The notes beneath the pieces were generated by a model. It did no database searches. It had not been told where the DNA came from and saw only the letters and a list, made by a program, of their open reading frames with translations. DNA of 63,710 bases, the filler included, from Kipferlia bialata (lineage: Eukaryota): the NCBI GenBank assembly GCA_003568945.1. It is 6 parts of 4 records of this genome, joined end to end, with 100 filler letters (N's around TTAATTAATTAA, not from the genome) between each part and the next. Parts side by side here need not be neighbours in the genome. Positions count along the whole stretch, not along the records: positions 29,340 to 50,202 come from BDIP01000015.1; positions 50,303 to 53,733 come from BDIP01000022.1; 4 more parts are not named here. One strand, written 5' to 3'. Position numbers and translations under genes: made by a program. Positions within the stretch are counted from its first letter, which is position 1; every line of letters starts with the position of its first letter. This document shows, in pieces, positions 39,853 to 51,285 of this stretch.

Positions 39853-42612
39853 ACTCACACCCCAGGGGCTTCATGTCCCGGTTCATCCAGACGGTGTATC
39901 ACAAGCCAGAGGGATACGGAGGGAGGTATGTGGGATCACCTGTGATGGAGGAGTCTTCTCAGTCTACTAATACTCTGCCAACTTGCTCTCCCCCCAGACC
40001 CGTACCCCAGTTCAACATCGGCACATCTCTGCTCAGTGCAGTAACAAGGTGGGGTGCTGTAACTATATATACTACCAGAGTAGTAGTAATAGGTAGTTAG
40101 TTCTTCTGAGTACCGCAACTAGGTAGGATGTCTGTTACCTACATATTGAAAGAGAGTATTGGTTTCTCTTTAAGTAGTCTCAGCCAATGAGTCTCCATCT
40201 CACACCAGGTCTCTGCTCTCCCCTGAGGGTGGTGCTGGATACATCACGGGTCTACTTCCTGTACCTACAGCAGAGGCACAATCACTCATAGGAGACAGGG
40301 TATGTGAGGATTAGGATGCTTCATAGGTTGTCTCACACTCAGTTGAACCAATCAGACTCTCAGTCTCCCTAACCCCAGGTCGTTGTCCCCTTCTCCCTCC
40401 TCAAGTGGAGGGACATGGACCTCAGCCAGACCAGGGAGGCCCAAAGTGCGTGTAGCATATATGAGTGGTATATAGACATATGGGACAGTTACATGTATGG
40501 CTACATGCTCCTTACCCCCAGCCTTCTCTGCCCTTGGGTACAAGACCATGGACGTCCCATTCAGACTCAAGTATGTGTCATATGGCATGTATCATATATA
40601 GTTTGTAGGGTCTCTGCCTTATTTGCCCTCCTGTGCCTCTGATGCCCATGCATCCATATGTTAAATAGACTGTACAGTATCATGCACTACATATAATACT
40701 TCCTTCCAACCAATTATATATATGTAGTTCCTCTCTTCCTCACTGAGGAATCCTCACCCCCAGTGTGTCTGCTGCCCATGCTGCCATGAGTACAATTCAT
40801 TCATATACTGATACATATCAATGTATATGTATATCAATGTAGTATTATGTACAAGTATTGATTCTCTTCCTTACCCCAAGTGTGTCAGCTGCCCATGCTG
40901 CAGTATATATACCTCTATTACACCATTCACTATCTCTCATATATATAATGACTCACCCCAGTGTCTCAGCTGCCCATACCGCCATGCAGAGTGGGGCACA
41001 GGAGGAGGAGATACTGGCTGCACTCTTTGCAGGTACCACTGACACACTAGAACACCCATACATATACATATGTACACATTAATGTATATAGTACCGTCCT
41101 TAGAGGAGGAGATACTGGCAGCACTCTTTGCAGGTAACATTTACATGTATAAACATTACTAGTATACAATGGATATATGGATATATATGAATGGTACCAT
41201 CCTTAGAGGAGGAGATTCTGGCAGCAATCTTCGCAGGTATATATATGTGTGTGTATACCAGTCACTCCTCATATCTCATACACTATATGTGTATGTGTAG
41301 AACCAACCTTCTGTTTAACCCAGGCGTGCCAGGCTACCCCGAGTCCACCCTCACCACCTATGGTGGGAGTGCACCTACAGCAGACGTGGTAGAGGCTGTA
41401 GCACCACGCACCACTGGCAGGTACATACCCCCTTCCCAGAGGCGTCCCCCTGCCAGGGTGAGGGCACCAGTCCCTGAGCCTGTCATAGAGTATAGAGACA
41501 GTGTGGAACTGACAATGTCCTGGTTCCAGTTGGTGCTGCACCCATTCAGAGAGAGCATTGACACAGGTACTAGTGTATTCTGGGCTTTGTTTCATCCATA
41601 TAGTAGTGTATATGTGTGTCAATTGTGGTCTATACTGCTCTCACCCCCCAGACACCATCCGCCGTGTAGTATGTGCCTGCATGCCCTGGGTATCCGAGGA
41701 TAGGGCACCCACCTACAGCGAGGTCCAAGTGTCCCTGGTCACCAGGACAGCCCTGCTGACATATGCATACATTGCCCACCTGCTCAATGCCATGGGTACG
41801 GACACCTGATATGAGGTCACTATTAGATGTTTAGAATGCATCTTCCTGTATCTCACTGTTAGGCATGCCCCTCTCTGAGCTTGACCTGTCTCTCCTCGGC
41901 CTACTCCTGGACAGACACCTATCATCAGACCAGACAGCATACCAGAGAGGGGAAGGTACTCTCAATGCCACTTCTCAACAATACCCCATATAGAAGTCTT
42001 CTCAGCTATCAACATGCATTGATGCATATTTCCCTCTCACCCCAGTAGCCTCCACCTCTGCCCCTACCCCTGCCCTGGGAGATGGATGGGCCACCACAGG
42101 CCAGAGGGGTACCCCAGGTAGCACCGGTGGCATTGCCTCCTCCACCTTCATGTGGGCCAGTGTGCTTAGGGAGGGCAGTCCCGCCCCACCCAAGCCCCCC
42201 TCTGTATACACCCACCCCTGTGAGGGCACCGGCCCTGCCTGCCTGTACGGGTACATCAAGGAGGTGGCAGATAGGGTCGGGGTGGCCCACGAGTGCTGTG
42301 GGATGAGACCAGGTATAATACTAGTGTATATACACACACTATTTGTGTTATACTCTTTGGTTCTAACTAATCTCAGGCACCCCCACCTAATGTCTGATGG
42401 ACAATACACTATACACAACTATACATAGAGAATGCATTGTACATAATACATGTAGCTAATGTGTAGGTACCCCCACGTGGTGTCTGATGGACGGCGAGAT
42501 GTTCCTTCACACCGTGGCACAGGCCAGGAGGGGGGAGACACCCTCCTCCAAGGTACGGGGTCTGATGGAGGTGTTCCCTAAGGCAGGGGACAGGGGGAGT
42601 GTGTTCCTGTAG
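35631..42612 (+). CDS. FAM120/asteroid-like protein with FEN/XPG-type PIN domain and RGG-rich insert, 5' incomplete
   Basis: VEADEHIAAAMASDTHTLCISNDTDMIL (EAD...SxDxD PIN motif), RGG/NRG-rich exon about 37908-38197, C-terminal ECCG..P..PTWCLMDGEMFLH as in FAM120. TAG 42612. Confidence 0.6.
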
Positions 42613-42921
42613 AGTGGACTGTCCACTTGGAGTGGGACTCAGTATCAGTATCAGTGTCGGTATATGGTGTACAGTATACTCTATACTACTGCATAGACAG
42701 ACCGAGTCTCATTGCACGTAGAGGTATCCATGTTTTCGGGAGGTGGTTGTTGATATATAGAGAGAGTGATAGAGAGGAGTGATGAGAGAGGGGAAATAGA
42801 TAAGTGTTCTGACAAGTTTGCCTTGGTTCCAATACTTAGTGAAAAACACTATGTGATTACTGGCCTAGTAGTACTAGGCCTAGTATTTGAAAATGTATGA
42901 TTAGCAGTAAACCCTCCATGT

Positions 42922-43410
42922 CTATTTGAGGCCCTCTCTAAGGGATATCTCTTCATATGCCTCCAGTAGCTCAGTCTTGATACCACTGTACAACTTGCCG
43001 GCTATCCTAATGTACTCCTCCCCACTGCACGGAGGAGTACCTCCAAACTCATCTGAGGCCTCAGTGTACTTATACCACACATCCTGGGGGTGAGATAGTG
43101 TCAATCGAGGTCTAGTATACATCGCCGATGTAGAATCCATCGGGGAAAACAAACAATATTACATCACTCTCCGCACCTGATGTCAACACTCATTAGGGCA
43201 TGTACACTGACACACACAAACATTCATATATATATACATACATACAGAGTCAATAATTGGTCGAATTGAAAGAAAATGAAGGTTATATAGACAAAAGAGA
43301 GCAACACTTGTCCATGAGAGTGCCTGAAGCCCAAGAGGAGCAGTCCCACCCTACCTCTGTGAATAGGCCTGCTGCCATGGTCTGGCGACAGAGGGCACTT
43401 CTCTCCTCCC
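42922..43410 (-). CDS. 3' exons of a hypothetical protein
   Basis: Exons with CCCAG acceptors. Last exon DVWYKYTEASDEFGG...SLREGLK TAG. Confidence 0.45.
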
Positions 43411-43505
43411 TGGGATAAGGTGGAAGGGTATGTATTCAAGAAGACAGTAATACAAGAGAATAATTGGTATAGAGGGGCAGATATGAGGGGGTCGTTTAGG
43501 TGGGG

Positions 43506-43537
<32 letters not shown>

Positions 43538-43852
43538 AAAAANNNNNNNNNNNNNNNNNNNNNNNNNNNNNNNNNNNNNNNNNNNNNNNNNNNNNNNNNN
43601 NNNNNNNNNNNNNNNNNNNNNNNNNNNNNNNNNNNNNNNNNNNNNNNNNNNNNNNNNNNNNNNNNNNNNNNNNNNNNNNNNNNNNNNNNNNNNNNNNNNN
43701 NNNNNNNNNNNNNNNNNNNNNNNNNNNNNNNNNNNNNNNNNNNNNNNGTGTTCGAGGATCCTTTTTCCCCCCCCCCCCCCCCCTCTCCCTCCCCTCACTC
43801 ATGGACATGTCTCTCGCTCTCTCGCTCTCTCTCTCTCTCTCTCTTACATCAG

Positions 43853-44502
43853 GATGGCGTTGGCTGTGATGCCTATGACCATGTCATCACCCTGGAGCTT
43901 CCCCTCTTCGGACTCACAGGGTATGTCTTATATATATATTTATATATATAGAGAGAGAGAGAGGGATAGGGAGAGAGGGCTAGGTGGGTGACTGTCGGTC
44001 TATTTCATACCCCCTTCTCCTACCTTCTCTCACTCTAGCAAGCTGCCCAATGAGATTGGCTGCCTGCCCTACCTGGAGTCCCTCATCCTCGAGAACAACT
44101 CCATGGTATGTCATATGTATACATGTGCATATATACATATGTATACCATGTATAGTGTATATACCTACCTCGAGTCCCTCATCCTCGAGAACAACTCCAT
44201 GGTGAGTATATATATCTCTCTCTCTCTCTTTCTCTCTGTGTGTGTATGTGTTTCTTACACCCAGGTCACCCTCCTCCCCGCCAACATCTCTCTCTCTCTC
44301 TCTCTCTCTCTTACCACTAGGTCACCCTCCTCCCCGCCAACATCTGCTCCCTCGACAACCTGTCCAACCTCATCCTCAACAGGGCATTCATCGTGGGACC
44401 CCTCCCAGGTATATATGTATATATAGTGTATAGTGTATAGAGAGAGAGAGAGAAATAGACACTCATCCTCAACAGGGCATTCATCGTGGGACCCCTCCCA
44501 GG

Positions 44503-44538
<36 letters not shown>

Positions 44539-45292
44539 GATATGTGCACATCTCCCCCCTCCCTCCCCCCTCAAGTCCCTCACCCCCAGACTGCATAGTC
44601 GATCCTCTCTCTCTCTCTCTCTCACACACACCCCAGATATCAGACTGCATCTGCGACATGCCCTCTCTCTCTCTCCCTCTCTCTATATATTCATATGTAT
44701 CTAACCTCCAGACTGCATCTGCGACATGCCTTCCCTGGCCCAGTTCCACATGTCCGGCAACTTCATGAACTCCCCCCTCCCCGAGTGCATGGGCAACAAC
44801 TCAGGTACCAGATACCCCACCCCAACTGCTATACCCTAGTGCCCGAGTTCGACTCCCTATGTATCCACTCTTCTCACCCCTCAGCTCTCGACTCCTTCCG
44901 TGCTGACTGCTCCTACCTCCAGGGCGAGGTCCCCACCGCCATGTACGCCTCTGGCCACCTTGAGGAGCTCTACGTACGTCTCTCTCTCTCTCTCTCTCTC
45001 TCCATCTCTCTCTATATATGTCCCTCACCCCCAGGTCCGTTGCAACTTCGACCTCACCTGCCCCCCCGAGAACGAGTGGAGTCCCAACACCATGGTGCTC
45101 TGTGGGACTGAGGTGAGTAGGGTTAGTATAGTGTGGGGTATATATACAATGAGTGCAGTGTGGGATGTGGAGAGTGTTGACAGTGATATGTATACATGCT
45201 ACTCTATACCTAACCCTTTCAGGACTGTGACGAGGAGTGCTCTGACGTCGACCCCATCGGATGCTCCCCCGTCATCGACATCGCTGGATGCG
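43853..45292 (+). CDS. Extracellular-type leucine-rich repeat protein (LRRNT_2 cap, LxGxLP repeats), fragment; paralog of 56822 gene
   Basis: GVGCDAYDHVITLELPLFGLTGKLPNEIGCLPYLESLILENNSM...LLPANICSLDNLSNLILNRAFIVGPLPDCICDMPSLAQFHMSGNFMNSPLPEC. Confidence 0.75.
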
Positions 45293-45368
45293 GTACGTAT
45301 ATATATCTCTCTCTCTCTCCCCCTCCCCCCCCCTCTTTCCCCCCCCCCCCCCTTCTCTCCTACCCCAG

Positions 45369-47416
45369 TACATCCCCGTCCACCCCGAGGCCTCTGAGGT
45401 CGTACTGTGCCTGGAGGCATCCAGGTAAGGTGTATGTCTCTCTTCAATGGTTCAGCGACCCCTTACGCCTACCGCCTTCACCTCTCACCCCATGTTCCAC
45501 CACTCATGCGCACCCAATGTGTGCCGGACATACAACCAGAACACAGGAGAGGAGGTGTGTGGGTTCCCTCTTCCTATATTCATTTGTATATATCCTTACA
45601 GATAGACAGACCAGGATGTTTTCATTGAATACTCTCTCTATATATATTACACTCAACATGTCCACACAACCCCTCATCCTTAGGTTGTGCATGCTGCCCG
45701 TCCTATATCTGCCGGGGATGAGCTGTGTGTGACATACATAGACCACACCCTGCCCACCAAGGATAGACAGGTACGGGGCTGTCACTATCTGACTCATTGA
45801 GAGTCACTGCTGCTACTGGTTGTTCCATTTCCGTGACTTAATCATTCTATTGTCACTTACCCCCAGGCCCTTCTCCAGAAGGAGTACCACCTCACATGCA
45901 AATGCCCAGCCTGTACCATGGACACACAGGTGGGTGGATGTATGTATATAATACAGTATTAGTATGTATAAGACTATGATTATGGAGCCGGAGGTGTGTG
46001 GGTATACAATAACTTCTGTCCACTCTGGTGTTTGTATGCAACTATATTCAAGCCCTCTTTGCACTATATATACCCCTCACCCCCAGGCCATGTCTGCCAG
46101 GGACATCGAGTGCACACACTACCAGGTGGGGGGATGGTGGATAGATGGTGTCATGGGTTATGGATGGAGATAGACTCACCGCAGGAGGGCCGTGTGTCCC
46201 TGGTAGACTGTGTGTCCCAGAAGTACAACGAGATGGCTCTGCACCACGCCCTGGAGGTATGGGTGCCATGTCTCACAGTCTGTATGTGTGTTATCAATGA
46301 CCCTCACATTGACTGTCCCTCTGACCCCCAGTGTCTGTCCCTTGTGGAGGGTGTCTTCCAGGCCGACCCCTTGCTGATGTGTGCAGCACTCACAGACGCC
46401 ATCCAGGTGGGAGAGAGAGAGGGGTATATATACGACAATGACAATATGTAGAGGGGATCATGTATCTGTTATATATATACATATACATACACGTCCCTTC
46501 CCCCAGGCCGCCGCCCTTGTGCAGAATGGCCCTCTGGTGATGTATCTGATGCAGCTGGCCTACCAGAACTGTGTACATGGATACGGGCAGGACTCGGAGG
46601 TCACAGAGTACGGGGCATGTGTACTGTACTCTCCTCTTTGCATATCAGGTTCAGTGTATGTGTCCATATATACTCTACCCCCAGGTATGCCATGGAGAGT
46701 ATCCAGGACCCACACAGCAACCCAGAGATCAAGGTGCGTTTGTGGTGACTGTATTATACCATAGAGATGTTGGCTGCCATACCATATGTAGATATATGTA
46801 TAAATGTACCCTACCCCCAGGCCCTGGCTGGCATGGCTGGCCCCTGTCTGGGTCTAGCCCCCTCTACCCCTTCCATGGCACCTGTGGGGGAGAGGCCCCC
46901 CCTGACCCTGCCAGACACCCTGAGACCAGAGTGGACCATGGGGGGCATGGGGGAGGGGAAGGCGAAGAAGAAGGGGAAGAGAATGACAAGGTGGGGGCAG
47001 TGTCACATGCACTAGATAGATATGTGGGTATATATACATGTATATGATATGTATGTGTATATGCCCTGACAACCAGACCCAACCGTCTCCCCCAGAAGGC
47101 CGACGAGAGAGAGAGGCTGAGGCAGCAGGAGGTGGCTGCCAAGAGAGCTGTGCAGGAGGCAAAGAGAGTGGCAGCGGAGGGCAGGAGGAACAACGAAGAG
47201 GCTAGGTATGATATTGGACCAGATATCCCATCCTTCTAACCATACTTTGGTCTGTATATATATATATATTCAGGCCTCTGACCCCCTAGGCTGGCAGCTG
47301 CTGAGGCCAAGCGTGTGTCTGAGGCCAAGGGCAAGGCATCGGCCAAGGCCAGGCTGGCAGCCAAGAGGGCGAGGAGAGAGGCAAAGGAGAGGAAGAAGAC
47401 AGCCGGGAAGGCATAG
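45369..47416 (+). CDS. SMYD-type SET domain protein with basic coiled-coil tail, 5' incomplete
   Basis: EASRFHHSCAPN...VVHAARPISAGDELCVTYID...RQALLQKEYHLTCKCPAC (SET + post-SET). Ends ...KKTAGKA TAG. Confidence 0.75.
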
Positions 47417-47586
47417 GGTGGGGGTCGAAATGAGTGAGGTGTTGTAGGACAGTCATATCATCTTGTGTCAATCAACTCGAATAGACAATCACACGACTAG
47501 GTCTATTACTACACTGTTGATACACTCTTGATTCACGGTCTAAGGGGGACAGCCAAGGGGATACCCCCCTCTACACTCATATGCCC

Positions 47587-48554
47587 CTACACAAGGTGGT
47601 GGATATAGGATGCAATGATCCCACCCTCAATGGCCTCCTAGGGGTTAAACACTCAATAGAGAGGCATGGTGAGTGATGATGTCACATCATTGATGTGTGT
47701 GCAAAACTCAAATACCAGGATAGTATATGCATATTGGCGTGAATATACCTCGCACTCGTCGTGGCATTCCTCTATGCACTTGAGGGTGTCGTAGCAGTGA
47801 AGTAGGTACAGACACTGGAACGACACGGCAGCCCAGTACACCCACCCCTGGGTGTATGCTGTCTCTCCCATGCAGTAGTACACTATGATGTACACCAGGT
47901 GCAGGGCCAGGACCAGGTGCCACTGGCTAGATAGGGTGGGGAGGGTCCAGGTGCGGAGGTCACGGAAGGACTTCTAGGGGTGAGGGACAGACACACAAGC
48001 ATAAACAGCATGGTATACAGAGGCACTGAATTCCCCCCCCCCCCCGTTGAATATCATACCAAAGTATAACTGCTATACCGCACAGCATAAGTCCTACACG
48101 CAATCACTACACGCATATCCAACTCGTACCTCCTTCTTTGCCACTGCCCCCTTCCACATAGACATGACCACAGCCTCTCCCCCCATGTACAGCAGGACAG
48201 ACATGGCCATATAGAATGCATCGACGGGTGTGACATAGCCTCTGAAGTAGTTGAGCACACAGAGGAACAGCCCCAGACCAAGCAGGCCGAGGAAGCCGGT
48301 CAGCCACGCCTTCATGTCGTTCAGATGGCCACGCTCTGTCTTCAACAGCTTCTTGTTCGCAGGGGAGAGAGGGTCACACTGAGTGAGGGTATTGAGGAGA
48401 CACTTGAATGGAGGGGGGGGGAAACGGTGTATTGTGCTCAATTCCAGTCTAAACTCACCTTCCCCGGCTCCTTCTCCTCCCTCTTCCCCTTTCCCTCCTG
48501 GGCCTTCCTCTCCTCCTCTCTCCGCTTCTGCTCTCCAAAGAAGTCAATGTCCAT
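47587..48554 (-). CDS. Hypothetical multi-pass membrane protein (4 exons)
   Basis: ATG 48554 MDIDFFGEQK..., about four hydrophobic segments, in-frame GT-AG joins. TAG at 47587. Confidence 0.55.
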
Positions 48555-48837
48555 CCTAACTTAGGATTCCTAAGAGGGGAAGAGGGGAGTCATTCATTCA
48601 GCCACGCGTCTACCCGATGATGAAAATACTGAAACGACTCAGACGAGTAACAAAAGGGAAGAAGCAAAAACCAATTTCATTGCCAAGGACTCCACAGTAA
48701 CCATATACATGCACGGAGCCGAAGAGTAATGGAGTGCACCTATCAACTTACTGTACCTGTGTTCACTCATAAGCTCTTATCTATTATGCAGAGACAAAGT
48801 GAGCAAGATAGATAGAGACCGTTACTATCCAGACCAT

Positions 48838-49870
48838 CTAGAGACCTGAGCACATCTGCCCGTCCTTCAGCCTGAACCCGTCGACCTCTGTGTCCAGCAC
48901 ATAGGCCATGCCCTCAGCCACCTGCTCTGCATACCCCCTGTCCTCGGCGTAGGTGTCCTCCAGTATGGCCAGCAGAATGGACCTGGCATCCCACTTGGTG
49001 CCACTCTGACCCTGGATGAGCCTCAGGGCCTTCTGGAAGGGGACCCGACCTGGGTACTTGGGTTTTGATGCAGGAGTGACACCAATGGGCATACTTTTGA
49101 AGTAGTCGTACATCATGCTGGCCATCAGATTGAGTATATATACCAAGAGACACAATATAGATGACGATATCACATGCAACACACACAGCCCCACCTGTAC
49201 CACGGGTACTGGGGCTCCTGTCCCTCCAGTGATACTGATACTGCCTCATCCAGAGGGGGGGCGCCCCCTCTCCCCCCCTCACTACCAAGGGCCACACTCT
49301 CCTGCTTGACGACCACTACAGCAGGAGGGAGCTCAGCCCTCTTCCTTAGACTAGGGAACCCATCTCTCCCTCGAACCCCTTCCTCTAGCTTGACCAATAC
49401 GCCACTGGGTAGTTCACTCTGTTCTGTCTTCCGTACAGTCTCTGTGGCATTACGGTTCCGTCGTCTCCTTCCCCTTCTCTCCACCTTGACAGGAAGGTCT
49501 AGGGGTATGTCAGCCCTCTCCAACAGGCATGGGAATCCCTCCCCCTCCGTCTTCACCTGAACCGATGCCTTTCCAGAGACACCTCCTCCAGTTACCATGT
49601 CAGCAGGCTCTCTCTTGACGATAGGGGGGGCAGTAGCCAATCTCTCTGCGAGCTCCCTCTCTCTCTTCCTCCCACGCTGTCTCTTCAACACAAGCCTGGC
49701 AGCAGCCCTCTCGAAAGAAAGTATCTCATGTCTCTTATACGGAACTCTTTTCCTCCTCCTGTTGCTGGTGTGCATAGTCCTATTCGGACGTTTATACCCC
49801 TCCCTGATGTTGCAGTGCATAGTCCATGCCATTGGCAGTACCACTTGAGAACTCAGTACCACTTGAGTAC
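48838..49870 (-). CDS. Hypothetical basic protein with repeated VKxE motifs, 5' end uncertain
   Basis: Long exon about 49196-49870 (NLS-like RRRKR; VKRE, VKTE, VKVE, VKLE, VKQE) spliced to last exon ending at TAG 48838. Confidence 0.5.
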
Positions 49871-50202
49871 CTGGGTGAGCCAGATGGAGAATACATAGGG
49901 AGGAGACACGCAGAGAGAATAAGAGATACAGATAGAACTACACTAAAACTGAGCTGTCATCTATAAGAGCAGACAGAGAGTTCGAAGGGGGGGTATACGG
50001 ACCATCATCCATGTACTTCACCCTGGCGCAGCAGTGCATAGTCCGTGCCATTGAGTACCTATGTGAGTCAGATGGAGACTAGAAACACACACATAAGACA
50101 CACAGGGATATACTCAGAGTGAGCAGCCTTCATTTGAGTAATGGTGTCAGGCAGAGAGTTATAGGGGGGGGGGGGGGGGGAAAAGAGGGGGGGGGACGGG
50201 AA

Positions 50203-50302
50203 NNNNNNNNNNNNNNNNNNNNNNNNNNNNNNNNNNNNNNNNNNNNTTAATTAATTAANNNNNNNNNNNNNNNNNNNNNNNNNNNNNNNNNNNNNNNNNN
50301 NN
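50203..50302. other. Artificial contig linker
   Basis: N-TTAATTAATTAA-N. Confidence 0.97.
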
Positions 50303-50366
50303 GGTACTATAGTATAGTGTACACTGTACATCCCTAACCCCCCCCCCCCCCCTTCCCTTACCCCAG

Positions 50367-51065
50367 GGTTGTGACTCTGAGCAGTATCGCCCACAAGAAG
50401 GGCCGGATAGAGTTCAGAAACATGCTGTTCCGCAAGGGGGTCGGATACACACCCATGAAGGTAAGACACTCTACTCGTTGGGTCACATGTCGCTACTCAG
50501 TTGTGGTATCATGGCTACATACAGTTGGATACCTCTCCTGACACTGTACATTCTCTTTGTACCGTATACACTATCCACATATGTTTCTGTTCCCACCCCC
50601 AGGCGTACGGCAGGAGCAAGCTTGCCAACCTCCTCTTCACCTTTGAGCTGCAGAGACACCTCGAGAGGCACAACATCGACTGCATGTCCGTTGCTGCCCA
50701 CCCAGGTGTGTCCGGTACTAGCCTGGGCAGGTACATGGAGGGCAAGTGGTATGTCAGGCTGCTGATGCCCCTGATCAAGAGGTTCATACAGACACCCGCC
50801 ATGGGGGCCCTGCCTGAGATGAGGGCAGCCTCAGACCCAGGTACATCAGCATGTACTCATAGCCTATTGCCTCCTCAAGCTTCATCTATACCCACTTACC
50901 CCAGCTGTGTTGGGCGGTCAGTACTACGGCCCCGACGGCAAGCGGGAGATGAAGGGGTACCCCGTGCTGTGTGAGGCTATGCTCCACGCACACTCCCTCA
51001 CAGACGCAGCATCCCTCTGGGAGGAGAGTGAGAGGCTCACAGGGGTGCGGTACCGCTTCGAGTAA
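50367..51065 (+). CDS. Short-chain dehydrogenase/reductase (retinol-DH/WWOX-like class), 3 C-terminal exons
   Basis: RVVTLSSIAH...AYGRSKLANLLFTFELQR...SVAAHPG...GALP...GGQYYGPDG...LWEESERLTGV with YxxSK catalytic motif. TAA 51065. Confidence 0.9.
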
Positions 51066-51285
51066 CGTGTTTAACATATCACCTGATTCCGCCCCAAATA
51101 TGCCTTCGCTGATACCACTAGTGTCTGGTTGCGGTAGAGATACTCGCTCTGATTGCGAATAACCACCATAGTCATACATACACATAAACGTAACAAATGC
51201 TGTCTATAATGAGAAGTTGTGGAGTCAACCCAAAGGGAAGTGGGAGACCATCCACCTATGAAATACACTAGCCACCCTACCCTTC

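Noticed and set aside
42862..42880. Inverted repeat GGCCTAGTA-G-TACTAGGCC between convergent genes
   Set aside because: Short and isolated, with no flanking element structure; cannot support a terminator or transposon end.
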